Of a stretch of 64,000 bases of DNA, positions 20,657-30,895 are shown piece after piece. Both the position numbers and the translations under genes were made by a program. Below the pieces are notes generated by a model. It searched no databases. It was not told the origin of the DNA and saw nothing but the letters and a program-made list of their open reading frames with translations. Where the stretch lies: contig CAVQJD010000018.1 of the NCBI GenBank assembly GCA_963712695.1, positions 5,720 through 69,719 of the forward strand. The letters are read 5' to 3'. Each line of letters starts with the position of its first letter. The stretch's first letter is position 1. This stretch comes from an uncultured Gammaproteobacteria bacterium (GTDB lineage Bacteria > Pseudomonadota > Gammaproteobacteria > UBA9214).

Positions 20657-21407
20657 ATCATCCAGCAGACAGGAGCACAGGCCCAGTCTTGCTGCTGATG
20701 CATCGCGGAATTGAATCGATATCACGGGAAGCACGTGCGCCGCAGGTGGCGGGGCTGGTGTCCGTGGTGTGGCGACTCCAGCCGGTTTACAGCGCATCTT
20801 CATTCGCATACTGACTGATCATCATGTGCATTCGCTGCTGCGGATCCTCCATGGCGCAACTCCTTTGTGCCGGCAGGTCTTGAAAGCATGGCGCGCACAC
20901 TGCCGCTGTTGCCCGCGCGTTCACAGCACCTGCACTGCCACCCGTCACCCGCCGCAGGGTCGCCTCCCGCCTGCGGCGGCTGATATCCCCTGCAGGCTCA
21001 GTTCACCGTTACTGTCCGTCCCTGACCAGCGCGCGACATGCCGACATATCAAATATTTATATATATCAATAATATATTAGCTTTATGGCGGTGGTGGTCT
21101 GGTAACACCTGCGGGTTACACCCGTAACGAACCCGTCGCCTGGGTCGCAAATTTCGACATTGGGGGTTGCATTCTTTCAAATTTGGTACTACTGTCCCAA
21201 TTAGAGTGTTAGTGCCGAGTCGGTTTTTTGATTGGCACTGCTCCGTGGTTGATCAGAGCCAAGTTAATTGACTGTTTTTATTTGCGATTGTTATTTCTGT
21301 TAATGCTGGTGCCGCAGCCGGATTTGATATCGGGGTAAGGATTTGCAGGCGCCAGGCGATAGCGTGTGCGACCGGAATTCCGGCTTCTTGATTGTCAGGA
21401 GGGTTAT

Positions 21408-22832
21408 ATGTATATGAATTTATTGAAAAGAATGGTCCTGGTGCTGGCTGCCGGTGTAGTGGTGGCCTGTGGTGGTAGCAGCGGAGGGGGTGACGTGACG
21501 TTATCCGGGATCACGGCATCCGGCACCATCACGGGGTTTGGCAGTATTTTCGTCAACGGTATCGAGTTCGAAACCGGCGCGGCGAATGTCTCTATCGATG
21601 ATAATCCCGGCATTGAAAGTGACTTGCAGCTGGGCATGGTGGTCACCGTGAGCGGTTCGGTCAATTCCGACGGCAGAACAGGAACCGCCACCACGGTGAC
21701 GTTCGATGATGAGGTACAGGGACCGATTGCAACCGTACCGGTCGATCCGACCGGCGATGGCCTGGTGCTGCAGTTCACCGTGCTGGGTGTCACTGTTGTC
21801 GCCGACAGGACCTCGACGGTCTTTGATGACGGTGTGAGCTTTGCAACCCTGGCACAGGGAGATTTTGTCGAGGTGAGCGGTTTCATTGGTCAGGGCGGCC
21901 TGTTGAATGCCACCCGCATCGAAGGCAAGGGCGCGTTTACTCCGGGTATCAGCGAGATCGAGATCAAGGGGCTCGCCAGCAACGTGGTCGGCATAACGTT
22001 CAGCCTCGGAAGCTTTTCGGTCGACACGTCCGGTGCCGATCTGTCCGGTGTTCCGGGTGGCGTGGTTACCACGGGTATGGAGGTCGAGGTGAAGGGAACT
22101 TTGACCGGGACCAGCATCGCGGCCAGCCGTGTCAAACAGGAGGACGACCTGTTCGCTGCCAACGTCGACAAGGTCAGCCTGGAAGGTATCATCACCAGTT
22201 ACGTCAACGACGGTAACTTCCAGATCTCGGGCCAGCAGGTCGACGCCTCCAGTGCGTTGTTCTCGCCCGCGAACCTGGTACTGGCAAACGGTATCGAGGT
22301 CGAGGTGGAAGGTCCGGTCGTCAACGGCGTGCTGGTTGCCATCAAGGCTGAGGCGCGCGGTGGCAACATCAAGATCGCAGCGCGCGTGCTAAGTGTCGGC
22401 CAGAATTCCCTGACCCTGCAATTCAACGGTGGTACGGTCGATGTCGTGGTCGACAGCCAGACCAGCCTGCGCGACGATCTCGGGATTTTCGATCCCTATG
22501 CCCTGGGTAATGTTGTTGCTACGGATTTCCTGGAGATCAGCGGGTCGATCAACGGCAACGGCATTATCACTGCTGAAGAGATCCGTCGTGACAATGCCAG
22601 TGACGACATCCTGCAAGGCCCGGCGGACAGCTGTATCGGTACCACCCTGGCGGTGCTGGGTATCGACTTTACCCTGCAGGACGGTTTAACGACCTACCAG
22701 GACCAGCTCGACAACCCGATTGCAAATGCAGCGAATTTCTGTGCGGCAGTCAATGCGAGCAGCCTGTTCGTGAAAGTGAGGGACGACCTGAGTCCGAACG
22801 GTATCGCGGATGAGGCCGAACTCGAGAACTAG
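21408..22832 (+). CDS. Lipoprotein with repeated DUF5666-like beta domains
   Basis: An AGGAGG RBS precedes the start. The lipobox is LAAGVVVAC|GG. ITGFGSIFVNGIEFETGAANVSIDD...LGMVVTVSGS recurs as repeated V/G/T-rich modules. Confidence 0.7.
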   Translation: MYMNLLKRMVLVLAAGVVVACGGSSGGGDVTLSGITASGTITGFGSIFVNGIEFETGAANVSIDDNPGIESDLQLGMVVTVSGSVNSDGRTGTATTVTFDDEVQGPIATVPVDPTGDGLVLQFTVLGVTVVADRTSTVFDDGVSFATLAQGDFVEVSGFIGQGGLLNATRIEGKGAFTPGISEIEIKGLASNVVGITFSLGSFSVDTSGADLSGVPGGVVTTGMEVEVKGTLTGTSIAASRVKQEDDLFAANVDKVSLEGIITSYVNDGNFQISGQQVDASSALFSPANLVLANGIEVEVEGPVVNGVLVAIKAEARGGNIKIAARVLSVGQNSLTLQFNGGTVDVVVDSQTSLRDDLGIFDPYALGNVVATDFLEISGSINGNGIITAEEIRRDNASDDILQGPADSCIGTTLAVLGIDFTLQDGLTTYQDQLDNPIANAANFCAAVNASSLFVKVRDDLSPNGIADEAELEN

Positions 22833-22858
22833 GACGTTACTGCTTGGAATCCCCTTTC

Positions 22859-22883
22859 GGCGCCTTCGGGCGCCGCTTTTTTT
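22859..22883 (+). terminator. Rho-independent terminator
   Basis: GGCGCC-TTCG-GGCGCC is followed by GCTTTTTTT. Confidence 0.85.
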
Positions 22884-23228
22884 GTGGGCCGCGGGCCCGC
22901 GACCGCGGAAACCTCGCCAATTGCGCTATGTGTCAAGGGTAGTGCCGCGCTGCCATAATGTATAAGGCCTTCGGTTTTGCCGCCAATCACACGAGTCTGT
23001 GTAAGACCGGTCTCTGCGACTCGAGCTACTGTCGGGTGGCTTCTGTGACGGCGCGCGACCATGCATCGGGGTACAAAACATACCATCGTAATGAATTCCT
23101 TGAACAAGTGACTAACACAGGACAATTCACTCAAGCAGCATATGCTGGTGAATGAAAAATTTCCTGCTGGTCCTGGCCAACATGCCTTTGGGGTCTGCAG
23201 CGCTGCGTGGCGTTTTGGCGAGTGCGCG

Positions 23229-23459
23229 CTAGTTGATGGAACCGGTGTTCGGATTGTCCGCCATGTCGTCATAGATCCGCTTGAGGCCGGACATGCCATC
23301 CGAACTGTGTAGGGGAATTGCGAGATATTCCTGCTTGTTGGCCTCGGTCTCGAAGTAGATTTTCAGCGCGCTGCTGCCGTTTCCTTCGATGACATACGGT
23401 GCATTTTCCGTATCAGTGACATCTTTCATTGAAATCGGGTCAAGTGTCGATGTGATCAT
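23229..23459 (-). CDS. Small hypothetical protein (76 aa), last gene of the lipid-modification operon
   Basis: An AAAGGAGAA RBS lies upstream of ATG 23459 (MITSTLDPISMKDVTD...). The longer listed ORF 23229..23765 overlaps the cfa gene and was trimmed. Confidence 0.55.
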   Translation of the reverse strand: MITSTLDPISMKDVTDTENAPYVIEGNGSSALKIYFETEANKQEYLAIPLHSSDGMSGLKRIYDDMADNPNTGSIN

Positions 23460-23490
23460 GGCGTTCTCCTTTGTGTGACAGTGTATTTTG

Positions 23491-24771
23491 TTAATAATCG
23501 GTGGCTGCAAGTGGCTGGCGCCGGCAGTGCGGCTTGACGAGCAGCAGCTGAACGGTGCCGATAGCCTGCTGGCGAAATCCGCCCTCGCAATAGGCAAGAT
23601 AATATTCCCACATGCGAATGAAACGTTCCGGATAGCCGAGCTGGCGTACTTTTTCGATGTTGGCAAAAAAACGGTTGCGCCAGTGACGCAGGGTGGTGGC
23701 GTAGTGCGGGCCGATGTCATGCAGATGAAAGATGCGCATATCGGTATTGCGTGCGACCGCGTCACTCAGTACGGCGTTGGAAGGCAGGCAGCCGCCGGGA
23801 AAGATATAACGCTGGATGAAATCAATGGAATTTTTTGCAGCCTGGTAGCGCTGGTCGGCGATGGTGATGGACTGCAGCAGCATCATGCCGTCCTCTTTGA
23901 GCAGCTCACTGCATTTTCTGAAATAGGTGTCGAAGTAACGGTGGCCGATGGCCTCGATCATTTCTATGGACACCAGCTTGTCGTACCTGCCGTTCAGTTC
24001 CCGGTAGTCGTCGAACAGCAGTTCGATACGGTCTTCCAGGTCCGCGTGCCGTATCCTCTCCATGGCATAGTCATGCTGTTGTTTTGATATGGTGGTAGTT
24101 GTGACGCGGCAGCCGTAGTGTTTTGCCGCATACAGGGCGAAGCCTCCCCAGCCTGTGCCGATTTCCAGCACATGATCAGTAGGTTTGAGTTGCAGCTTCT
24201 GGCAAATGGCTTCCAGCTTGGCCTCCGAGGCTTCCTGCAGTGTAGTCTGCGGACGATGAAAAATTCCGCTGGAGTACATCATGGTCTTGTCCAGGAACAG
24301 TTCGAACAGCTCGTTGCCCAGGTCATAGTGTGCTTCGATATTGCGGCGGCTGCCTTGCAGTGTATTGCGTTGCATGAAACGCAGCAGTAACTGTGCCGGC
24401 TTTGCCAGCCAGCGCATGCCGGGACCGATTTTTCCGATATGCTGGCGGTTGCGGAGAAACAGTTCGACCATCAGGGTCAGGTCATCGCACAGCCAGTAGC
24501 CGTTCATGTAGGCTTCGCCGGCTCCAAGAGCACCGTGCGTCAGAACCCTGGTATACAAGGCGGCATTGGTGACTGTGACAGTGACCGGCTTCGGGAAGGT
24601 ATGGTCCTTGTTGCCGAAGACATACTGCTCGTCGCCGTCATTTACAATGAGTTGTCCATGACGCAGGTTCTTGAGCCGGCTCAGTATGACCCGCCTGGCG
24701 TGGTTGCTGAATATGCCGGTATCGCGTTCCTGCAGGGCAGACTTGTCTATACACATTGCAGCAGATTTCAT
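23491..24771 (-). CDS. cfa: Cyclopropane-fatty-acyl-phospholipid synthase family methyltransferase
   Basis: [55 protein letters not shown] and [14 protein letters not shown] are present. ATG 24771 overlaps the upstream stop (ATGA). Confidence 0.88.
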   Translation of the reverse strand: MKSAAMCIDKSALQERDTGIFSNHARRVILSRLKNLRHGQLIVNDGDEQYVFGNKDHTFPKPVTVTVTNAALYTRVLTHGALGAGEAYMNGYWLCDDLTLMVELFLRNRQHIGKIGPGMRWLAKPAQLLLRFMQRNTLQGSRRNIEAHYDLGNELFELFLDKTMMYSSGIFHRPQTTLQEASEAKLEAICQKLQLKPTDHVLEIGTGWGGFALYAAKHYGCRVTTTTISKQQHDYAMERIRHADLEDRIELLFDDYRELNGRYDKLVSIEMIEAIGHRYFDTYFRKCSELLKEDGMMLLQSITIADQRYQAAKNSIDFIQRYIFPGGCLPSNAVLSDAVARNTDMRIFHLHDIGPHYATTLRHWRNRFFANIEKVRQLGYPERFIRMWEYYLAYCEGGFRQQAIGTVQLLLVKPHCRRQPLAATDY

Positions 24772-25547
24772 GGTTTTCTCACCGGATTCGGTGCCTCCTG
24801 TCTGTCGGGGTGAGGAAAAAACGGAACTCGCTTCAGCCAGAGACACAGCGCCTGGTAGTAAATGGCTGTAACGATCTTGACCGTCATGAAGGGGTAGCGG
24901 ATCAGCACGCTGGCAAGGCTGATGCCATTGATGGGGCGTTGCCGCAGCGCCAGTGTGGCATCAAACATCCTTTCACCATGCTGGTAGTTCTTCATATGAA
25001 CGGCGAGTTTTTCATCCGGCAGCGTGAACCGCCAGTCATAATCCATGTCCATGCCCATGAAGGGCGATACATGGAAGCGCTTGTCATGCAGAAAGCGTTT
25101 GGTATTTGCGTCACCCCGGTTACGTGATTCGGGCAGTACGTAGCAGTATTGCTGCCCCCAGGGCGTGTTGTTGACTTCTGCGACAATGACCTCGAGTTTT
25201 TCGCCGGTTTCGTCAAAACAGTAATAGAAACTGACCGGATTGAAGCCATGACCAAAATAGCGCAGGTTGGTCAGCAGCCGCACCGGACCGCTGAGTTTGA
25301 TGCCGGTTTCATCTTCAACGAGTCGGCGCACCGCTGTTGCCAGGTCGACAGATCTGTCGCCGAGATGATCCTCGCGCCTGAACCGCGCCAGGGCAGGTCG
25401 CGTGGCCGACCAGAGCCAGCGTTTGCGGAACAGGGTCGGCAGTTCGTCAAGATCGATATACAGCATGAACAACGCATATTGAAATGCGTGCTGCGTTGGC
25501 AGATAGCGGCGGTGGCTAACCTGTCCGACGTAGAGGGAGCTGTGCAT
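24768..25547 (-). CDS. DUF1365 family protein
   Basis: [36 protein letters not shown] is the typical DUF1365 N-terminus. The start was set at ATG 25547. Confidence 0.8.
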   Translation of the reverse strand: MHSSLYVGQVSHRRYLPTQHAFQYALFMLYIDLDELPTLFRKRWLWSATRPALARFRREDHLGDRSVDLATAVRRLVEDETGIKLSGPVRLLTNLRYFGHGFNPVSFYYCFDETGEKLEVIVAEVNNTPWGQQYCYVLPESRNRGDANTKRFLHDKRFHVSPFMGMDMDYDWRFTLPDEKLAVHMKNYQHGERMFDATLALRQRPINGISLASVLIRYPFMTVKIVTAIYYQALCLWLKRVPFFPHPDRQEAPNPVRKP

Positions 25548-26793
25548 GATTGCTGTATTCCTTGAAGTCCTGCAGGGCATCGAGCGCGCTGACAACTCCA
25601 TCCTCGTGAAAACCGCTGCGCCAGTATGCGCCACAATACCAGGTGCGGCACTGGCCGTTGATGGCCTGCCTGCGCCGCTGGGCTGCAACACCCTGTGCAG
25701 TGTATACCGGGTGGTAATATTGCATGCGGCGGATGATCTTGTCGGGATCGATATGCCGGGTGTCGTTGAGTGTCACGCAGAAGGTCGATGCGGCGCTCAA
25801 CCCCTGCAGGATATTCATGTTGTAGGTGACCGAGACCCGCGTGCTGTCTGCATCCCTGCGCAGGTAATTCCACGCCGCCCACGCACGTCTGCTGGCGGGC
25901 AGCAGGGAGGTGTCAGTATGCAGTACGACGTCATTCTGCTGGTAGGGGATTGCACCAAGTACCTCCTGTTCGGGTCCGGTGGGGTCGGATAGCATGGCCA
26001 GCGCCTGATCGCTGTGGGCGGCGATGAACAGGCCGTCGAAATGTTCGCAATTTCCGGCAGAGGTGCGCAGTTCTACATGCGTGGGTCGTCTCTTCACCGA
26101 AACGACGGCTTCGTTGAGGCGGATCCTGTCCCTGAACGGCGCGATGAGCCGGGTGACATACTCGCGGGAGCCACCCTTGATTACCCGCCACTGCGGCCGG
26201 TTTCTGATGTTCAGCAAGCCGTGGTTGGCAAAAAAACGCACGAAGTAACAGGCCGGGAATTCCAGCATCTGTTGCGGATCTGTCGACCAGATGGCTGCGC
26301 CCATGGGTATGACGTAATTATCGATGAACAGGCGGCCGTATTTCATGTCCGTCAAATAACGGCCCAGGGTGAGCGACTCGTCATGACTGGCCAGCAATTC
26401 CGTGGCTTCACGGTTGAAGCGCAGGATGTCGCGAATCATGCTGTGAAAACGCGGGCTGAAAAGGTTGCGCCGCTGGGCAAATAATCCGTTCAGGGACGAA
26501 CCGTTGTATTCGATGCCGCTGGTTTCGCAGCGGCTGCTGAAGCTCATCGCCGTAGGCCGGGATTCCACGCCAAGCGCGTCGAGCAGGGCGATAAAATTCG
26601 GGTAGGTCCAGTCGTTATAGACGATGAATCCGGTATCGATGGCATATTGCCTGCCAGCATGAACGATATCATGGGTATGAGTGTGTCCGCCGGCATGGTC
26701 TGCGGATTCGAACACGGTGATATCGTGGTCTCTGCACAGATGCCAGGCGGCAACGTTGCCGGCTATGCCTGTTCCTATCACTGCAATCTTCAC
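25516..26793 (-). CDS. NAD(P)/FAD-dependent oxidoreductase (amine-oxidase/desaturase-like)
   Basis: [19 protein letters not shown] is a dinucleotide-binding fold. 425 aa, and the start overlaps the upstream stop. Confidence 0.85.
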   Translation of the reverse strand: MKIAVIGTGIAGNVAAWHLCRDHDITVFESADHAGGHTHTHDIVHAGRQYAIDTGFIVYNDWTYPNFIALLDALGVESRPTAMSFSSRCETSGIEYNGSSLNGLFAQRRNLFSPRFHSMIRDILRFNREATELLASHDESLTLGRYLTDMKYGRLFIDNYVIPMGAAIWSTDPQQMLEFPACYFVRFFANHGLLNIRNRPQWRVIKGGSREYVTRLIAPFRDRIRLNEAVVSVKRRPTHVELRTSAGNCEHFDGLFIAAHSDQALAMLSDPTGPEQEVLGAIPYQQNDVVLHTDTSLLPASRRAWAAWNYLRRDADSTRVSVTYNMNILQGLSAASTFCVTLNDTRHIDPDKIIRRMQYYHPVYTAQGVAAQRRRQAINGQCRTWYCGAYWRSGFHEDGVVSALDALQDFKEYSNHAQLPLRRTG

Positions 26794-27359
26794 AGCTCCA
26801 GTCCTCCGGTCTGCCCGCCACGCTGCGGTACGGTTTGTATTTTCGAAATATCGTAACCCTGTCTGGAAATTTCACCGAGAATGGCCAGGTAATTCGCTTC
26901 CGGAATCGAGGGCGTGCGCGCCATGATCCAGACAAAATCCCGTTTGTTACGGCCTATCACCGTCTGGGTATAGTCAGCATTCAGATAGATCACCCTGTAG
27001 TCCGCCTTGATCGGCCAGATGAACTGCATGCGCCAGATAGCATTCGACGGGTCATCGGTGACAAAGCCGGTCGGTTTATACGTCTTGAGCGGTCCATCGA
27101 AGGCGCCCTGGTTGAAACGGAATGTCGTGGCTACCCGTTTGCTGCCGACCAGTTCGTAGGATTCAATGGCATTGTGCGCCTTGCGTTCGATGAAGGTGGG
27201 TATGTTGGCGATCACATACCAGTCGCCCATGAAGCGTTCCAGGTCGAGCTGCGCAACGGTGCGCACGGGTGAATAAGTGCTGCAGGCCGCCAGTGTCATC
27301 ACAGGCAGGAGCCCTAGAAGGCGGGCCAGTCTGGCTATGTTCGAATTATTCTGCGACAT
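26790..27359 (-). CDS. Bacterial lipocalin (Blc-like) lipoprotein
   Basis: The lipobox is MTLAAC. DLERFMGDWYVIANIPTFIE and YVWIMARTP-like (FVWIMARTPSIPE) lipocalin signatures are present. Confidence 0.85.
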   Translation of the reverse strand: MSQNNSNIARLARLLGLLPVMTLAACSTYSPVRTVAQLDLERFMGDWYVIANIPTFIERKAHNAIESYELVGSKRVATTFRFNQGAFDGPLKTYKPTGFVTDDPSNAIWRMQFIWPIKADYRVIYLNADYTQTVIGRNKRDFVWIMARTPSIPEANYLAILGEISRQGYDISKIQTVPQRGGQTGGLEL

Positions 27360-28008
27360 AGCGCAGCCTGCTGCCATTGGTGGTCGTGGAGTTCAGGGCG
27401 AGCCATTCGTTGTCACTCGAGTACCAGACTTCGATATCAAGATCGTTCGCTGTGAGACGGTACTGGTGTGCCTGGATGACCGTTTCCCCGAGAGCAAGGG
27501 TATTTTCACCGAGGTAATTCACTTCGACATCCAGGTATTCACCGGTCTGTGAATTTAGCAATCTGCTGCGTTCGAGGAAGGATTTGTCCCAATAGGCAAA
27601 CGTGCTGATACAGGAGGGCAGGGTACGATCACCCGAGTTCGATGTGATCACAAAGCCAGTGTCACTGACCATGCCCGCTACCTGAAACTGCTTGCCGTTC
27701 TGGTCGGTATTTGACGAAATTTCCTGCAGGCACTTGCTGTTCCAGTGTTCGAGGCTGTTATGCCGGTAGCGGTAGAAAGGTATCTTCAGAAAAGTCACAT
27801 CAAACCTGGCTTCGGAGGCAAGTCGTTGCAAGCCTCCATCCTGTGCCAGTGTGAACTGGTGGTAGCCAATTTCCTTGTCATCCAGGTATACCCGGAAGCG
27901 CCATTCCTGTTCAGTCGTTGCGCTGGAAATGCAGGGCCGCAGCAGTAACAGGCCGCATACAGTACCTGCAGACAGATTACGAATCCTGTTGGCTATTTGG
28001 TTACGCAT
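27346..28008 (-). CDS. Exported protein of unknown function
   Basis: 220-aa ORF with a signal-like N-terminus (GTVCGLLLLRPCISSA), embedded in the operon. Confidence 0.6.
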   Translation of the reverse strand: MRNQIANRIRNLSAGTVCGLLLLRPCISSATTEQEWRFRVYLDDKEIGYHQFTLAQDGGLQRLASEARFDVTFLKIPFYRYRHNSLEHWNSKCLQEISSNTDQNGKQFQVAGMVSDTGFVITSNSGDRTLPSCISTFAYWDKSFLERSRLLNSQTGEYLDVEVNYLGENTLALGETVIQAHQYRLTANDLDIEVWYSSDNEWLALNSTTTNGSRLRYVAE

Positions 28009-28024
28009 GGTGCATCACCCGCCA

Positions 28025-28800
28025 CTAGGCGGCCCGCGGTGGGCCTGGAATGAAAGCATTGGTGCGCGCCATGTATTCGCGGTAGGCTGGACGTCGCTCG
28101 GCAATATCTTTTTCCAGGAGTGCCACGCCCGAAACGCGCAGCAGGAGCAAGGTCATCAGCAATGGCGAGATTACGGACCACCAGCCGCCGGCGGCAACTG
28201 CAAACAGGTAGAATCCCCACCAGACACAGCATTCCCCGAAGTAGTTCGGGTGTCTCGTATAGCGCCACAAGCCTTTGTCCATGACCTTGCCGCTGTTGTC
28301 CGGGAGGCCTTGAATGCAGCCAGCTGGGCATCTGCGATACTCTCGAAGAGAATGCCGAAGATCACCAGCGCAGCCGCGAGCAGGTCAATAAGGTTCAGCG
28401 GGATACTGCCGGTGGTAGCGCTGAGCAGCGGCAGGGAGATGATCCAGGCCAGCGTTCCCTGCAACAGGAAAACCAGACCCAGACTCTTGAGTGCGAAATT
28501 CGGTGAGTGCTTGCGCCGCATGGCCTGGTAACGGGCATCCTCGGGTTCTCCCAGATTGCGCCAGGTGATGTAGGCGGACAGCCGTATTGCCCATACAGCG
28601 ACCAGGGCCAGTACGATCACGCCGCGCTGTGTTTCAAACTCGTACATCAGAAAGTACGTCGAGCCGAGCGCGAGAAACGTCAGTGACCAGAGGCTGTCGA
28701 CAATGCTCACGTCCCGCTTGCGCAGGCTCACCAGCCACGCCAGCGTAGTCAGCAGCAGAGCGACCAGCAGGCCGGAGAAATATATATCAGTCACAAGCAC
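28025..28800 (-). pseudogene. DUF1295 (steroid 5-alpha-reductase-like) membrane protein, frameshifted near 28302-28304
   Basis: ORF 28171..28800 ends ...FESIADAQLAAFKAS and then runs off-frame. ORF 28025..28282 starts MDKGLWRYTRHPNYFGE. Restoring one C (tcccgg to tccccgg) gives KASPDNSGKVMDKGLWRY. Confidence 0.8.
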
Positions 28801-29896
28801 GGGTGCTCCACTCCATCACGACCGGATTGGACGGCACTGGCCTGAAGCCGACTGGCCTTTCCGAACAGGTAATGACCAACGTACCATTGCTGCCCGTTGT
28901 CAAAGGCAAACAGTTCGGCGCAGGCCATGAAAAACATGCGCCAGCGCATCCACCACTGCCGGGCGCTCTGTTCGCCGTAAGTCTGCTCCAGGAGGGGCCA
29001 GATGGCTGCCCTGTTGTCGTCCATGTTGCGCAACCAGCTATTAGCGGTCTTTTCATAATGCATGCCGTGCCACTGCCAGTGTTGCAGGATGCCAAGGTGA
29101 TCCTGAAACAACAGCGGCAGATCGTTGCTGGGCATCATGCCCCCGCTGAAGAAGTATCTCGCTCATCCAGTCGCTGGCATTATGCACTTCGAAGACATAG
29201 GGCGTATTGCGGATGCAGAAGATGTGCATGAAGAACTGGCCATCCGGCTTGAGCCAGCTGCTGATGCGCTCGAACAGTGCCCGATAGTTGCGCATGTGTT
29301 CGAACATCTCGACCGACACAATGCGGTCGTATGAGATTCCGGCTGCGTAATCGTTCATGTCGCAGGTGAGCACATCGAATGTTGGCAAGCTGCTCCGAAG
29401 CAGCCATTTTCATGATGTGGTGGCGTTGGGAGGAGGAATTGGAGACGGCGGTGATGTGGCTGTGCGGGTAGTGGCGGGCCATCCACAGTGTCAGCGAACC
29501 CCAGCCGCAACCCAGTTCCAGAATGTCCATGCCGTCCTGCAGGCCGGCATGCTCGCAGGTTATACGCAGTGCTTCACATTCGGCCGTATCGAGATCGCTG
29601 ACGCCGTTATCCCAGTAACAGCAACTGTACTTGCGGGACTTGCCAAGCACGTGGGTGAAAAAATCAGCCGGCACCTCATAGTGCTGTTCGTTGGCCAGGT
29701 GTGGCAGAGGCGCCAGGGGGGACATATCCATCATCCGGATGAAGCCGGACTTGCTGGCGGCGTTGGCTTCGCAGTCATCACCGGTGAGTGTGGCAAGCCG
29801 CCGCTTGAGCAGGCGTCTGATGCCGTGACGAATTACCGAATCGGGTACCAGGCCCTGCTCCGTCCAGTCAATGGCTCGTGCTGTGGTGTTTTCCAT
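28791..29896 (-). pseudogene. Second CFA-synthase-like SAM methyltransferase, with two frame switches (about 29389 and about 29157)
   Basis: Three ORF pieces join as ...ILELGCGWGSLTLWMARHYPHSHITAVSNSSSQRHHIMKMAASEQ|LPTFDVLTCDMNDY...FEVHNASDWMSE|YFFSGGMMPSNDLPLLFQ...QQWYVGHYLF. An AGGAG RBS lies before ATG 29896. Confidence 0.8.
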
Positions 29897-29920
29897 GCTG
29901 CCTGGCTCCTGTCCTTGCCG

Positions 29921-29969
29921 GTTTCATGTAATGTACAAAACTTATACATTCAACTCGATAAACTGTCAA
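29921..29969 (-). promoter_or_regulatory. Promoter of the lipid-modification operon with phased TnnACA repeats
   Basis: On the minus strand: TTGACA (29969-29964), a 17-nt spacer, TATAAG (29946-29941), then TGTATA (29948-43), TGTACA (29937-32) and TGAAAC (29926-21) at 11-bp spacing. Confidence 0.65.
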
Positions 29970-30074
29970 GTCCTGTCAGTCACGAAAATGAGCCAGCGAA
30001 CGGGAAAACCGTATAAACAATATTAAAAACAGTAAAATATAAACTATTTTAGCATCTCGACACGCCCTTAATAA

Positions 30075-30113
30075 GGAACAAAACTTGTACATTAAGCCCA
30101 AGTATCGTATAAG
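30075..30113 (+). promoter_or_regulatory. Promoter of the gpx operon containing a TGTACA element
   Basis: TTGTAC (30085-90), a 17-nt spacer and TATAAG (30108-13). GGAACA (30075) and TGTACA (30086) are 11 bp apart. The third repeat is poor. Confidence 0.45.
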
Positions 30114-30139
30114 ATAAGCTCACCAAGAGGGTGCCGTTC

Positions 30140-30694
30140 ATGTATCCGACCAATGCCGGTTTTTTGAAGATTGCAGCAGTCCTGTGGAGCCTGTCTGCGG
30201 GGGTGGCTGCCGCGGCGTGTCCCGACTCTCTGAATCACTTTAAGCGCCCCTTGTCCGGCCAGGATCCTGTCCACCTGTGCGATGTCATGCATGGCAAGGT
30301 GGTGCTGGTCGTCAACACGGCCAGCAAATGCGCCTACACGCCGCAGTACGACGGACTCGAAAAGCTCTATCAGCATTACCGTGCGCGCGGGCTGGTAGTG
30401 GTCGGTTTTCCGTCCAATGATTTTGCCGGTCAGGAACCGGGCACGGAAGCGCAGATCCAGAACTTCTGCCGCCTGACCTACGGTGTCGAGTTTCCGATGT
30501 TCGAAAAAATCCACGTCAAGGGAGCAGACGTAGATCCCTTCTATCAGTACCTCGCCGGCGCAACGGGCGAAGCGCCACGCTGGAATTTTCACAAATACCT
30601 TCTGGACCGGGATGGACGGGTGATCGCCAGCTTCCCGAGCCAGGTAACGCCCGATGATCCGCGCCTGATCGACAGGATCGAGGAGTTGTTATGA
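30140..30694 (+). CDS. Glutathione peroxidase with signal peptide
   Basis: GKVVLVVNTASKCAYTPQYDGLEKLY, VVGFPSNDFAGQEPG and WNFHKYLLDRDG are present. The N-terminal AAVLWSLSAGVAAAA is signal-like. The start could also be GTG 30131. Confidence 0.88.
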   Translation: MYPTNAGFLKIAAVLWSLSAGVAAAACPDSLNHFKRPLSGQDPVHLCDVMHGKVVLVVNTASKCAYTPQYDGLEKLYQHYRARGLVVVGFPSNDFAGQEPGTEAQIQNFCRLTYGVEFPMFEKIHVKGADVDPFYQYLAGATGEAPRWNFHKYLLDRDGRVIASFPSQVTPDDPRLIDRIEELL

Positions 30695-30895
30695 ATCACC
30701 CGATCATCGATTCACCTGTTGCCACGCGCAGAACGGGGTCGCGTGCCGCATTTGTCTGCCAGCGTAATGCTGCCAGGCTGGGCTATACCGGACTGATTCC
30801 GTCTGTTGCCGGTCGCTTGTATGGCGGCTTGCCGCGCTCGCAACCCTGTGCAAGATGGTTGCATTTTTTCCGCAGTTTTGAGTGAGGTTATCCAT

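Noticed and set aside
22886-23228. A possible sigma70 promoter (TGTCAA-17-CATAAT, about 22931-22960) and a small RNA between the DUF5666 terminator and the end of the lipid operon.
   Set aside because: There is only a promoter-like hexamer pair. I could not identify any recognisable ncRNA family or terminator, so support is too weak to call.
30691-30885. 64-aa ORF whose ATG overlaps the gpx stop (ATGA).
   Set aside because: Coupling is suggestive, but the product is Arg/Ala/Gly-rich with no features. It is probably intergenic between gpx and ybgA and is left unannotated.
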